Of a stretch of DNA of 64,000 bases, positions 23,502-36,324 are shown in pieces. Source of the DNA: Mustelus asterias (Eukaryota). A program made the translations under genes and the position numbers. A model generated the notes under the pieces. That model made no database searches and was not told where the DNA came from. It worked only from the letters and a program-made list of their open reading frames with translations. Position 1 is the stretch's first letter. Every line of letters begins with the position of its first letter. The DNA is taken from positions 21,018,001 through 21,082,000 of the forward strand of contig NC_135804.1 of the NCBI RefSeq assembly GCF_964213995.1, given 5' to 3'.

Positions 23502-24658
23502 CTAGAAATATCAGAAGAAAATACGTCCAAGTCTGATTCCAAGTTGGTCAGTCTCAGATATTGTCAATAGGTCTATGGGTCCTGTTACCTAGGTTTCAAT
23601 TATGAATCACGTTGCAAAACATTGCATTTGTCCCAAAACCAAATCTACACATTCAGCTTAAGTGTACATTATTTTGACTTTAATTTTCCCTACAATTAAA
23701 TACAAATCCACTATGCCCCCTTGTTAGAGTTATCGAGAATCTGTGGTACAAAACTGAGACAGCATAGTAACAATGATTACATCTTCAACAAATTTCACTT
23801 CACCCTTCACTGTTTCTCCACCTATATAACTATCTCTAAGGACGCAATGCTTTCTCTCCATCTCTTGCTTATCCGTGTGCCTTTGCTTCACCAAAACTCT
23901 TAACATGTATTATCATGTCACTGCTCCCTCCTCATACTATCTTAGATACAAAGCTAAGCTGGTATGCCTTGCATTCTGAAATAAGTTTCAGTAAAAGGCT
24001 AATTTCACCTTGCCAGGCTACCCGAGAATTCAAGATTAGTGTAATAGAGACACATTGGGTAGAACAAAGGACAATGCAGCACAGGAGTCGGCCCTTTAGT
24101 CCATCAAGCCTGCGCCGATACACGATTTCTATCCCTCTGTTCGATTCCCATTCGTGAGTCTATCATGATACACCTTGAATGTTGCTAACGTGCCTGCTTC
24201 CACTACCTCCACTGGCAGTGTGCTCCACACACCCACCACCCTCTGAAAAACTTGCTCCGCACATCTCCCCATAACTTACCACCTCTCACCTTAAACCTGT
24301 GCCCGCTTGTAGTCGACCCTTCCATCCTGGGAAAAAGCCTCTGACTATCCACCCCATCTATACTTCTTGTAATTTTGTAGATTCCTATCAGGTCACCCCC
24401 TCAGCCTCTTTCTTTCCAGGAAAAACAATCCGAGTTTGTCTAGCCTCTTCTCATACCTAAAACCCTCCAGGCCAGGCAACATCCTGGTAAACCTTCTTTG
24501 CACCCTCTCCAAAGAGGTAACTGTCTCGTGTACTCTCGGTCCCATCAGCACTATTTGTGTATCTACAGTGCGTAGGCACCAATTAATATCAAAGTCAGGA
24601 TATGAAACACGGTAATGAATTATTTGAGAAAATCAAGTCCCCAACAGCTACTTCATAC

Positions 24659-24805
24659 CCCTTTCATCGTGACTGCCGTCTGAACCTTCGATGCAACTGC
24701 ATCTACCCGAGAAGCTGTCCGTAGCCAGTTCAACCCTTCATTTTTCTTTCTGATTGCGTTTTCGGCGTAGATCTTTGCTCCTTCAATGTTTTTTTGTTGC
24801 AGAGC
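24659..24805 (-). CDS. CHMP1A: CHMP1A exon 4 ([49 protein letters not shown])
   Basis: 147 nt, AG/GT boundaries. Confidence 0.96.
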
Positions 24806-25194
24806 CTGCAGGAAGAAAGGAGGTGGTTACCATTCTAATATTTCACCTTCGCGTTTTGCTGCTTAAAACCGGAAGGCTACAACTGAAACTACACGTGCTA
24901 ACAAAGTACATGTAAGCTATGATAAAAACGACAAATGTTAAATTTAAATAACACCAAAAGCAAAGCTGTATGGGTTAAATGAGTGAACCTACATGCTCCT
25001 TTCTTGTGGCATCTTTCAATAAGTGACAGTAATACTTAATTATATACGACTTATATTTATGAAACTTAAAAGTGTCAATATTTATGACAATTCAGTCCTG
25101 CTCCCAACAGTGACAGAATGGGATCTAAATGCTGTCCAGTCCAATGAGCTTCCTCCATGAACAGAATTATAGGAATATAGAATGTTAATGCAAA

Positions 25195-25628
25195 CGATTG
25201 GCCATGATAAATTGCCCGAGTGTCAGAGGGATTAGGAAGGTAAATGCGTGGCATTACCTGGATAGAGCCTGGGTGGGATTGTTGTCGGTGGAGGCTCGAT
25301 GGGCCAAATGGCCACCTTCTGCACTGTAAATTCTATGATTCTATGAATCAAAGTTTATTAGTGTCACAAGTTGGCTTACATTAACACCGCAATGAAGTTA
25401 CTGTGAAAATCCCCTCGTCATCATACTTTGGCACCTGTTCGGTACACTGAGGGAGAATTATCATGGCCAAATTTTACCATTTCGGACTGTGGGAGGAAAC
25501 CGGAGCACCCGAAGGAAACCCACGCAGACACGGGAAGAACGTGCATACTCCACACAGATAGTCAACCAAGGCTGGGAATCGAACCTGGGTCCCTGGCACT
25601 GAGAGGCAGCAGTGCTAACCACTATGCC
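25195..25628. mobile_element. Tail-to-tail SINE pair in CHMP1A intron 3
   Basis: Plus-strand tail about 25195-25345; minus-strand full copy about 25350-25628. Confidence 0.8.
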
Positions 25629-25677
25629 TTGGTAGCTGGAAAAACTTCAAATAAAGATATGTAAAGCGAGCACTAAC

Positions 25678-25755
25678 CTTCTTCACTTTCGCCTGTTCGG
25701 TTTTGGAGTCTTTTTCTGCCTTCTTGGCCAATCTCTCGAGCTGTTTTGATGTAAA
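25678..25755 (-). CDS. CHMP1A: CHMP1A exon 3 ([26 protein letters not shown])
   Basis: 78 nt, AG/GT boundaries, ESCRT-III CHMP1 sequence. Confidence 0.96.
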
Positions 25756-26443
25756 CTGTAAAAAGATTATAAAGTAACTTCCTGCAATATAGAGCAAAAA
25801 ACAATGACAAAATAAATTGTCCAAAGATGTGCGGGTTAGGTGGATTGGCCATGCTAAATTGCCCCTTGGTGTCAGGGGGACTAGCTAGGGTAAATGTATG
25901 GGGTTTTGGGGATAGGGCCTGAGTGGGATTGTGGACGGTGCAGACTCGGTGGGCTGAATGGCCTCCTTCTGCACTGTATGATTCTATGATACTCCATGAA
26001 ATTCTTCCAGTGAAGAGTCTTCTCTGCCCCAGTTTTTTGGCATGGTCCCCGGTGCATCATTCAAATGGTCATTTTACATGTGAGATCCTGAACAATAAGT
26101 GTCAACAGAAGGACGGCATCAGAGTTGAGGCAGATCCTATGCACATACAGAAACATGCCAATGGCAGAGAGGGGAGAAGGGATTACTGGGTCATTGGTAA
26201 GTCGAGAAGCCCTGTCCTTTTGCTTTCTGTAGCCTAGGCGCAGAAGACCAAGAGGAGCAACCCTCTCCCCAATGGCTTTTTTGCCTAAAATCAGCGAAGT
26301 CACTAAGACCAGGAATTAATCCCTCGATATTCCTGCATCTGGTCATGTGGTATATTATCCCACTAATGCAGAAGTAGCCTCAATAGGTAGTGGACCATGG
26401 AGGAGGTGTAGTGGATCAGGATTAATTAATCAATGTTGTATAT

Positions 26444-26462
26444 ACACACACACACACACACA
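26444..26462 (+). repeat. (CA)n microsatellite
   Basis: About 9 CA units. Confidence 0.8.
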
Positions 26463-26589
26463 AACAGAACACAATAAAAAATAACTTCTGCATTACTATC
26501 ACATCATAGCCAACTTAACATTTATTAAAATGTTAAAACTTGTTTCATTTTTAAAGCCTAAAAAAGCAAATTAGAACTTTTGTCCTTAC

Positions 26590-26609
26590 CCGTAATTGAA
26601 ACATAGTAT
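26590..26609 (-). CDS. CHMP1A: CHMP1A exon 2 (DTMFQLR), 20-nt micro-exon
   Basis: ttacag|ATACTATGTTTCAATTACGG|gtaagg; corresponds to human DTLFQLK. Confidence 0.9.
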
Positions 26610-29600
26610 CTGTAACAAAAAAGGAAATGTAAATATGATCACCATTATTCACACTTGCATAGTATTACAAGTATCAAACCTTTGCATCCCATGTTTAAAA
26701 TATTTATATCGCCCCAGCTACAACCATCTTAATTATATTCCTAAAATAGGTTACCATACCTAGACCAGTGTGGCAAGCTACTGAAGTCCTGCCTTGCTAA
26801 GTCCCTGTTCTCGTATTCACTTACCCGCATGAAAGCCTTTGTACACCACATTGTGAGCAATCGTTCACTTATTCACAATTTCTTTCCCCTCCGAAATGGC
26901 AGCCACGACAGAGCAGAGACCTGGACATGATTTAATAGGGAGATGTCTCTGGAAGAGGATTCCTTCTATTAGTCCTGGCTGTGGACATTGAACTCTCGTT
27001 GTTGAAGCACCTTTCTGATAGGGGCGAGAAGTGGTGCCTGTAATGTTTGCATCCGAGAGCAGCCTGAACAGAGAGACTAGCTTGGAAATAACTGAATCTT
27101 TCAGTTCAGAGCTGCAATAATGGCTCTGTTCAATTTTGAAATGTTGAATGATTTTGCTTACTAGTTTTGAGGTGATTCCCTTTTTAAAAAATGAGAATAG
27201 TCTCTTTTAAAATTTTTTAAAGACGTCTTGCATTGCTCAGAAGCTCCCCCTGTATGTCATATGCCAGTACTGTACCACAGTTTGCAGTACAGTAACCGCA
27301 CTAACCCAATGCTGCCCTCGCATTGCTGGAACCTATCTAACTGACTCTCATTGAAAAGCATTTTCATCATTCGCAATTTTGCTGTTTGAGGTTTTACAGA
27401 AACGTAACTCCCGTGAATGGCTGGTCTTTACTGTAATCATATTACTGGACCTGCGACACATTCAAATTCCGCCACAGGAAGTTGGAAGTCGGCTATGAAC
27501 ACCTTGCACATGCTACCCAAATTCCAACAACACCTGAAAGAAATGGGGACAGCAACAGAGGAAAAACACAAGCCCGATTCCATCGTACCATCATCACACT
27601 GATATGCCAATCATTGGCCGTAACAGGCTGTTCAAAAATTGAAACTTTTGGTGCTTTCACAAAAGCCACCTGGGATCACCAGCTACACTGCAGATCAACA
27701 TAACTCTGTACACTAGCTAGCTTTACAGGATGCAAATATGACTTTCAGCTCCAATCCAACAGCACTACATCCCCCCCCCCCCCCCAAGTGAAGGGCATTA
27801 TTTAGGCTATTAGTCGATCCTAAGAGCCAGCCTTCCAAATAATTAACTTCAGTACTTTGGCTGATTAGTTCTAAACATGCGGCATACAAAGATCCCCCAC
27901 CATTATGTTTTGATATATATTACACTAACCACAATTGCTATTTCAGTGTCAAAACAAAAATTCAGAATCTAGGGGCACCCATAGATAAAAATACTTGAGC
28001 TGGATGCTGTCTTGTATACCAAACTTCCTTACAGTCAGCAGAAAAATTAACTAAAGGTGCTCCAGTGGGTACTACAATAGACATTATACTGTAGACCTTG
28101 CCATATATTCCGACAAATGGTATGCTATATAATAAATTTGGTCATAGCCCTTACTCCACCTTTGCCTTACAGGGTGTGGTTTCAGACAGAAACCAGGAAG
28201 TGGCTGATCTGTCAATCTGGAAAAAAAAACATACCAAGAAAAGCCAGCACACAAGCTGAATGCTGTTACATACTCGTTTGTGTTCACAGTTCCTAGCTCC
28301 AGAATCACAAGTCAACCTGGTTGACAAGATGATATTTGGAAATCGTTCTATGGAGCTGCTCTGGGCCTTCACGTGAATTAGAGCAGCAAAATACAAGTCT
28401 AAATTACTGGCAAAGTTGGTTGGTTCACGTGGCTAGCCTGCCACAAGTGCACAATAGAGTGTTTCCTCTTGAAACCACAGGAAAAACTCCATGTCCAAAG
28501 ATTACACTTAGCGTTATTCAACAGAATGTAGTTCACCTTTTCTTGTCTAACTACCCGAATGTATTGCCATCAGAATTGATGACATCATCTTCTCAATCCC
28601 CAGGTTGGCCTTGCTGTATTTTCTTGCTCGTGTTATGAACAGAACAACACTTTGCATAACGACAATCAAAAAGATAAGACCATTGCTTATTTACTGAACT
28701 GTCGTCCCTGGATTGCCATCCCAGGAAAATGCACCTGCTGCCTATTCTTGCTGAAAGCTCAGGAGTACCACCAGAGTTTGAAAATTACAGATACAAATGA
28801 ACGGTGACATATTCTAATTATAATTACCTTGTGGAAAGGTTACCAGCACGGCATTCCATTTGATCACAAGCTGAGTTTCAAATCTCACATCCACTACATC
28901 ACAGAAGCCACCAACATCCAACCCCACATCAACCATCTTTCTCCTATCTCAGTCCATCTGCAACCGAAACACTCATTGATGTCTTCTGCAGGTTCTACTA
29001 TTCCAATATTCACCTTGATCCATCTCCCATCCACCACACACATTGGTTGTGTAAAACTCTGCTCGAGTCCACCCTGCACCTGGCCCACAAATGCATTTCC
29101 CTTGTCCTCTGATTTACATTAGTCCTTCAATAGCTCAGATTTCACATTCTTATCATTGTATTTAGATTTCTTCTTCATCTCAATCCTCCTCATCATTTCT
29201 CTCGTGCTACAAAACCCTATACCTAAATTCAAACTCATACAGGGTGGCATGGTGGCACAGTGGTTAGCTGCCGCACAGCGCCAGGGACCAGGGTTCGATT
29301 CCCAGTTTTTGGTTACCCTTTCCATTATCTATTCCTTTGGGTCATTGTTCATTTTCCCTTATGGTTGTGTAGTACCACAAGGCACTGATTCGATGTTAAA
29401 GGCACCACATGAATGCAAGTTGCTTTGAGTTTCAGCCAGCCTTGGCTCAATGTTAGTACTCTCACTTCTCAGTCAGAAAGGGATATGAGGGGAAGGCAGG
29501 ATCAAGATATTGAATTTGATGATCAGCCATGATCAAAATGAAGGGCTGAGGAGGCTCAAAGGGACGAATGGCCTACTCCTGCTTCTATATTCCATGTTTA

Positions 29601-30241
29601 TATGAAAAGCATTGCACAAACACAAGTAATTTCTATCCCTGCCTCGCCCCAGAACACTTTCCACCACCTCCCCGCACCAGATCTGACCCGAGAGTTCACA
29701 TCCCCTTCCTCATGGAGTACATGAGCAGCTATTAATCTACCCTCCACCCCACCCACCCACCCCATTACTCATGGAGTAACATGGTGCACAAGGGCAGATG
29801 TTGTCTCCCACCCCTCACTCAGGGAGTACATGGAATACAAGGGCAGATGTTGTCTCCCCCCCTCCCCGGACAATTGACTATTGAACCCCTGAACCCAAAG
29901 CTGGCTGAGGTAAATAAACACCAGTGCTAGGAGAGTCCATCAGCCACGATAGGGTGAATGGTCAACACATACCCTCCCTCCCTCTAGCCACCCCACTCCA
30001 CCCATGTCCCCCCCCATATACACACCCCTCACTGCCTCCCTCCACTTTACATGTACACATACATACACACTCCCTCCCTCCCTCTTCCCCAGGCCAGCGT
30101 CAATATTAAATTAACTCCCTACTCCCCAACACACACTCCCTCCCTCTACCCCACCCCAGCCATTCCCTCACCCCCATACATACCCCTCCCTCTACCCCAG
30201 CTTGAACATTAACCTAACTCCATACCCCTCTTCCCCATTAC

Positions 30242-30248
30242 CATCCAT
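30242..30248 (-). CDS. CHMP1A: CHMP1A exon 1 coding part (ATG GAT G)
   Basis: gacaccATGG Kozak context, 7 coding nt, |gtaatg donor, at the edge of the CpG island; phase fits exon 2. Confidence 0.85.
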
Positions 30249-30289
30249 GGTGTCTGAGTGACTGAACCAGTTGCCCAGGGCTGCTGCTG

Positions 30290-30640
30290 CTGTTTCCTCC
30301 TTCCTCCAGCCCCCAGCTCTCGCGAGACCGTGTGACGTCACCGCCGCGCGCAGCCCCGCCCCCTGGCGCGGAGGCGTCGCGCCGTCCAGCACATGACGTA
30401 AATGGCCCCGCCCCCTGGTGCGGTGACGTCGAACCGCCCAGCACATGATGTAATGCCCCCGCCCCCTCCTCGCCAGGCTGACGTCACCACGGGCGCAACA
30501 AAGGGCTCCCGTGCAGTGACAGTGACAGGGCTGCGCGGCGGCGGTGGGTCAGCTCTGTGGTGGCAGCAGCTCCCCTGGGCTTCCCTGGTCACTCACCATG
30601 GGCGGCGCAGTCAGCCATGTGAAACACCGCAAAGGTAAAG
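30290..30640. promoter_or_regulatory. CpG-rich bidirectional promoter between CHMP1A and the SPATA33-like gene
   Basis: High GC and CpG; the divergent ATGs (30248 and 30598) are about 350 bp apart. TCTCGCGAGA at 30318-30327, TGACGTCA at 30333-30340 and 30479-30486, and GC boxes. Confidence 0.85.
30598..30634 (+). CDS. SPATA33: SPATA33-like exon 1 (MGGAVSHVKHRK-G)
   Basis: caccATGG Kozak, G|gtaaag donor (phase 1), MGxxxS myristoylation-type start; syntenic position between CHMP1A and CDK10. Confidence 0.65.
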
Positions 30641-31664
30641 TAAAAGGCAAGTATTTTATTTATTTTTAAAAATGTGTTGCAGATTAATTTAAAATTCTTT
30701 CACCTGTACTTTTTGCCTCTTGTGCAATTTTTACCTTCCTCACGTGACATTTTCAGGGACACTAAATCCAAGTTTTTCTCAGCAGGATTATTTTTCATCA
30801 CCGTAGTGTTGCGAAGAATTCAATGCATACAATCTCCATCCTCAGGGTTAGACCCCAAAAGAATATGGGGCAAATAACCAGAGGCTCCGGGACACATACT
30901 AAAAGCACTGAGCAGGTCAGGCAGAATATGTGGAGAGAGAAATAATGTTTCAAGCCATTGATCTTTCGGCATTATTACTTAGTTTACCTTAGGGAGGTTT
31001 AACTTGCTTCCAATCTTGCATTGCAGAGCTCCGAAGAAGGGTCATCTAGACTCGAAACGTTGGCTCCATTCTCTGCCCACAGATGCTGTCAGGGTGGCAC
31101 AGTGGTTAACACTACTGCCTCACAGCTCCAGGGACCTGGGTTCGATTCCCAGCTTGGGTCACTCACTGTCTGTGTAGAGCTGAGTAAATCTATGATTTAC
31201 CAGCATTTTCTGTTTTTGTCTTGCATTGCTGGGAATGCCTCCTGAGAGTGAACTTTACCCCAAAGATTTCTCTTATCCCTCTACCAAGAGGGTAGTTACT
31301 AGCTTATCTTTAGAACCAATAGGCATATGTTGGAATCCTTCAAGATGGCCAGATAGCAGGAATTTCTTACAAATAGCATCTTCTTGAGAGCAGCATGATT
31401 CAATGTAATAATAACCATTGCTACCATCATTTTGAATATGTACACACACCAAAACAGTATATAAGATTAGGTAGCTAGTACCAAGCCTCCAGTTGCCTGG
31501 GAATATGCCACATCTCAAAGGTTTCCTCATCCATCTTATATTTAGTGTAGCAGAACATCTATGTCGTGCATTCTGCATTGTAATGGTCACTCTGTAGTCC
31601 CAGATATCCAGCCCAGTGCTACTCACCAGGATTAATGCTTAATAATGGTCTGATTCTTGTCTTT

Positions 31665-32825
31665 ATAGGATAGACAATGACACTACCTCCACGATTATCC
31701 TCAACACCGATGTCCTGCAAGGCTGTGTACTCAGCCTCTTACTATACTCCTTACACACAACGGGTTAGGTTGATTGGCTCGGTTAACAATTGCCCCTTAG
31801 AGTCCGGAGATGCGTAAGTTAGAGGGATTAGTGGGTAAAATGTGTGGGGGTAGGGCCTGGGTGGGATTGTGGTCGGTGCAGACTCGATAGGCCGAATGGC
31901 CTCCTTCTGCACCGTAGGGATTCTATGATTCTATGATTCTATGACTGCCTGGCCAAATTCTGCTCCATTTTCAAGTTTGCTGATGACACCACTATAGTGG
32001 GTCGGATCTCAAACAATGATGGGATGGGGTACAGGAAAGAGATAGAGAATTTGGTGAAATGGCATGATGACAATAATCTCTTCCTCAATGTCAATAAAAT
32101 GAAGGAGATAGTCATCGACTTCAGGAAGTGTAATGGAGGACATGCCCCTGTCTACATCAACGGTGCTGAAGTGAAGATGGTTGAGAGCTTCAAATTTCTA
32201 GGTGTTCAGATCACTAATCTGTCCTGGTCCCTCCACACCGACACTATAGTTAAGAAAGCTCACCAACGCCACTACTTTCTCAGAAGGCTAAGGAAATTTG
32301 GCAAGTCTACTATGACTTTTAGCAACTTTTACAAATACACCATAGAAAGCATCCTATCCGGATGTATCACAGCTAGGTATGGCTCCTGCTCTGACCAAGA
32401 CTGCAAGAAACTACAAAGGATAGTGAACGTAGCCCAGTCCATCATGCAAACCAGCCTCCCATCCATTGCTCTGTCTACACTTCCCATTGCCTCAGGAAAG
32501 CAACCAGCATTAACAAGGACCCCAACCACCCTGGATATACTCTCTTCCACCTTCTTCCGTAAGGAAAAAGATTCAAAAGTCTGCAATCATGTATCAACAG
32601 ACTTGAACAGCTTCTTCCCTGCTGTCATCAGACTTTTGAATGGTCCTGTCTCCTATCATATATATTAAGCTGATCTTTCTCTTCACCCTATCTGTAACTG
32701 CAACGCTATATTTTACACCCTCTCCTTTCCTCCCCTATGTACTTGATGAAGAGAATGTTTTGTCTGGATAGCATGCAAGAAACCAAACTTTTCATTGTAT
32801 CCCAGTACATGTGACAATAATTAAT
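31665..32825 (+). mobile_element. Rex1/Babar-type LINE 3' fragment interrupted by a SINE piece (about 31761-31943)
   Basis: QGCVLS, FKFADDTTIVGRISNND, KEIVIDFRK, FKFLGV, KKAHQR.YFLRRLRKFG; tail ending acatgtgacaataa. Confidence 0.85.
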
Positions 32826-33199
32826 CAATTCAGAGGACTCAGGAACAGAGTAGGCCATTCAGCCCTTCAAGCCTGCTCTGCTGTTCAATAAGATTGTGGC
32901 TGACCAGATTGTGATCTGAATTCCACTTTTCTGTTTGCCTCTCCTGCTCCCCTTCATGCCCTGTCTATTCAAAATCTATCTCTGCTTCTCTGCCTTGAAT
33001 GAAATAAATGACGCAGCCCTCACTGCATTCTGGAGAACAGAATTCTTCAGAATTCTTCAGACTAATGACCCACTGAGGGGAAAAAAAAATTTCTGTCTTA
33101 AAGGGGAGACCTCTTATTTTAAAAATAAGGGGAAACATCCTCCCAGTATCCACTCTTATCGGGTCCCTTCAAGATGATCTTATATGTACTATATAGAAA

Positions 33200-33540
33200 G
33201 ATCATAGAAACCCTACAGTACAGAAAGAGGCCATTCGGCCCATCGAGTCTGCACCGACCACAATCCCACCCAGGCCCTACCCCCTTATCCCTACATATTT
33301 ACCCGCTAATCCCTCTAACCTACGCATCTCAGGACACTAAGGGGCAATTTTAACATGGCCAATCAACCTAACCCGCACATCTTTGGACTGTGGGAGGAAA
33401 CCGGAGCACCCGGAGGAAACCCACTCAGACACAAGGAGAATGTGCAAACTCCACACAGACTGTGACCCAAGCCGGGAATCGAATCCAGGTCCCTGGAGCT
33501 GTGAAGCAGCAGTGCTAACCACTGTGATATCGTGCCGCCC
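33200..33540 (-). mobile_element. HE1/V-SINE-type SINE nested in a CR1 fragment
   Basis: Near-consensus copy. Confidence 0.85.
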
Positions 33541-34269
33541 AGATCTTGGATATAAGATCACCTCTGATTCTTTAAACTCCAATGGACATCAGCCCAACCA
33601 TTCAACCTTTCTTCATGAGACAAGGCCTTTATCCCAGGAATGAGTTAAATGAATCTTCTTTGACTGCTTCTGATACAAGAGGCTTTGCTACGAACATGGA
33701 CCAATTGTGAGGATCCCTCTGCCTCAAGGATTGAGAATGGTAAATTGATATAAGGGGAACTCTCCCACCACTTTCTCTTTTTGGCACAAATCCACCTTGG
33801 ACCTCACACATGAGCTGGAGGAAGTTAGCTCTGCCATTCACAAGAGACTGTGAACCATGAAGCAGAGCCTTTGCCTTTGAATCTCATCTCTTTTGCAAAA
33901 CTATTATTCCCTTCTGTCCCAGTCATTTCCCAACTAACATTCTTCTTTCCCTATTCTATTGAGGAGTACACGTAGAATCCCACAGCAGAGAAGGGTGATG
34001 TTAACCTTCATCCCGATGGGACTAAAATACAATGAGGTGAAGGTTTTGCTATTGTTGTGTAAAGCTTTGGTTAGGCCGCATCAAGGGAATTGTGCTCAAG
34101 AATGATAGGTTGCTTTGGAGAGGCTGTAATGCAGGTTCTCCAGAGGAATTCTAGGACTAAAAGTATGAGGACAGGTTGCATGAACTAACTGCACAGACAT
34201 CGTGATCTAATGATTGTATTACTGGACTGATGATCCAGAGACATTAGTTCAAATCCGAACATAACATCC

Positions 34270-34377
34270 ATTCATATGTCAAGCTGCTGCTCGACGAGTC
34301 TAGTCAATATTACTAATGCTGGCTTTTTAATTCCAAATATTGACCAGACTAGTCAAGCAGCAGCTCGACATATGAAT
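34270..34377. repeat. 42-bp-arm inverted repeat with 24-nt loop
   Basis: Arms 34270-34311 and 34336-34377, 4 mismatches. Confidence 0.9.
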
Positions 34378-36324
34378 ACTCACAGAATCATATCTTTCAG
34401 TCAATATGTTAGACTCCTCCATCAACTCCTACTCTCAGGACAAGTCCACCAGTGATGGTGGCACAGTGGTATACTATTGTGACGGAATGGCCCAAGGAGT
34501 AGACAGCATTGACTCCACACATGATGAAATCTTATGGCATCAGGTTAAATTTGGGCAAGGATCTCTTCTGATTGCTACATACTGCCCCCCTTCAGCTGAT
34601 GAGACTTCATATTGACAGCGGGCCAGCAGTACATAAATTTTAGGTGCCAACTAGGTGAATGATTAACAGAGGAATCAACATGCTGTCGACAGAATTAAGT
34701 GATTCCATAATCAAGGTTCTGCAGTTCTGCCACATCCAGTTGTGAATGGTGATGGACAATTAAACAACTGACAGATAGAGGAGGATCAATTATTATTCTA
34801 TTCTTAATGATGGGCGAGTCCATCACAAGTGCAGAAGACAATACAAGCCATTTGCAACCATCTTCAACCAGAAGTGTGATCTATCTGGGCCCTTTCTTGA
34901 AATCCATACCATCACAGAAGCCAGTTGGGGAGATGGTGTTTATATGGATGGCACGGTGGCAGAGTAGCACTGCTGTCTCTCAGCGCCAGGGACCCGGGTT
35001 CAACTCTGGCCTCAGATCTGTGATTTTAAGGGGTGGCTTAATGGAGATGGAGAGGCATAGAGATAAAATTGTGGAGGTTAGAACCTAGGCAAATGAAGGC
35101 ACTGCCATCAACAGTGAAATGGGGTTAGGATGGTGAGTAGAGTGTATAAAGTCCTTTATCAAGTCTCCCCATAGCAGAGGCAGCATGTTCTCTCTTCTGT
35201 GAAGAGTCCCGAACAGACACTTGGGCCCAGATATTGCCGGCATGCCAGGGGTGGTGCAGGGAAAGCTGAACTCAACTGAAGACCAGGGATGTGGAGGCTC
35301 TGCCAATTCTTACCATTTTGTAGGGCCATCTCCCTCCCAGCAGGGAACTAAATAGGCTGGTAAAGGAGAAGTACACTCGTGGCAGGCAGGCATAGCCAAG
35401 GACCCTTGGAGACCGTACTTTTCTGATGATCAGGAGGACTCTGGGGTGGGGTGGAGGGGGTGGGCGGGGGTGGGGGGGGGGGGGTGGGGAGGGGAGAGCA
35501 TCTCCAATTTGGAGGGCTAGGGATGGTTGGTGATCAGAAGGAAAATAGAGTGCTATAGAATGAGACTGGGAGAAGCCGACTGCTTCTTCAGTGGGAAGAA
35601 AGGCACTCCTATTCTCTCGACCCACAAGGTGTGCTTATAGAACCACTTAGCTAGGATACTCAGCATCTGCATCTCTGATCAGCTGCCTGGAGCTCCCGTA
35701 GGTTGTGCCTCCTCATGTACTAAGTTATGATGTGATCCAGTCACAACTTTGCATGAATCAGGCCCCCATTTCACTCGTCTGTGAACTTTGTCCATGGCCT
35801 GATTTCTACATATTACAATTTAATGTGATTGAGTAGCCTCTTCCCGATATTTTATCCTCTCTGCTCCAATCTTCTCCCAGCCAGCAGGTAGTCAGACATT
35901 TTCAAATAGTGGCCTCAGAATCAGTGTCACCCAAACTAGGAAAGTGGTAATTATCAACTTATTTGTCTTTTGGAGACTTTTAACCAGCTTCTGTGTGACA
36001 AACCTCCACTTAAACTGAGCCTTGAGAATGCACAGTAGGTTATGGGACTGTTAAGGTAGATGGCTTGAAGAGTTGGAAACAAGAAATGTAAGTGAAATGT
36101 GTTTTCTTGGAGAAGAGTGGAATAGAGAAAGGAAGTGAAGAATGGATTTCCACAAAAGGTCAGTACTTGGACTGCTATTGCTGCTTAGTTTTATTTGCAA
36201 CCAAAGAGCAAAATAAATGAAATATTATTGCTCAAACTTTTGCACAATGGGCGAAATGATGAGACACAAGTACAGAAGGAAGAGAAGAAAATTAACACAG
36301 GAAAAACGAGAAGGACCTGGGAGT

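Noticed and set aside
35443-35495. G-run tract (also C runs at about 27771 and 50925)
   Set aside because: Simple low-complexity sequence with no supporting context.
36217-36320. Lys/Glu-rich stretch as a SPATA33 middle exon
   Set aside because: No phase-1 acceptor/donor pair giving an open frame could be identified.
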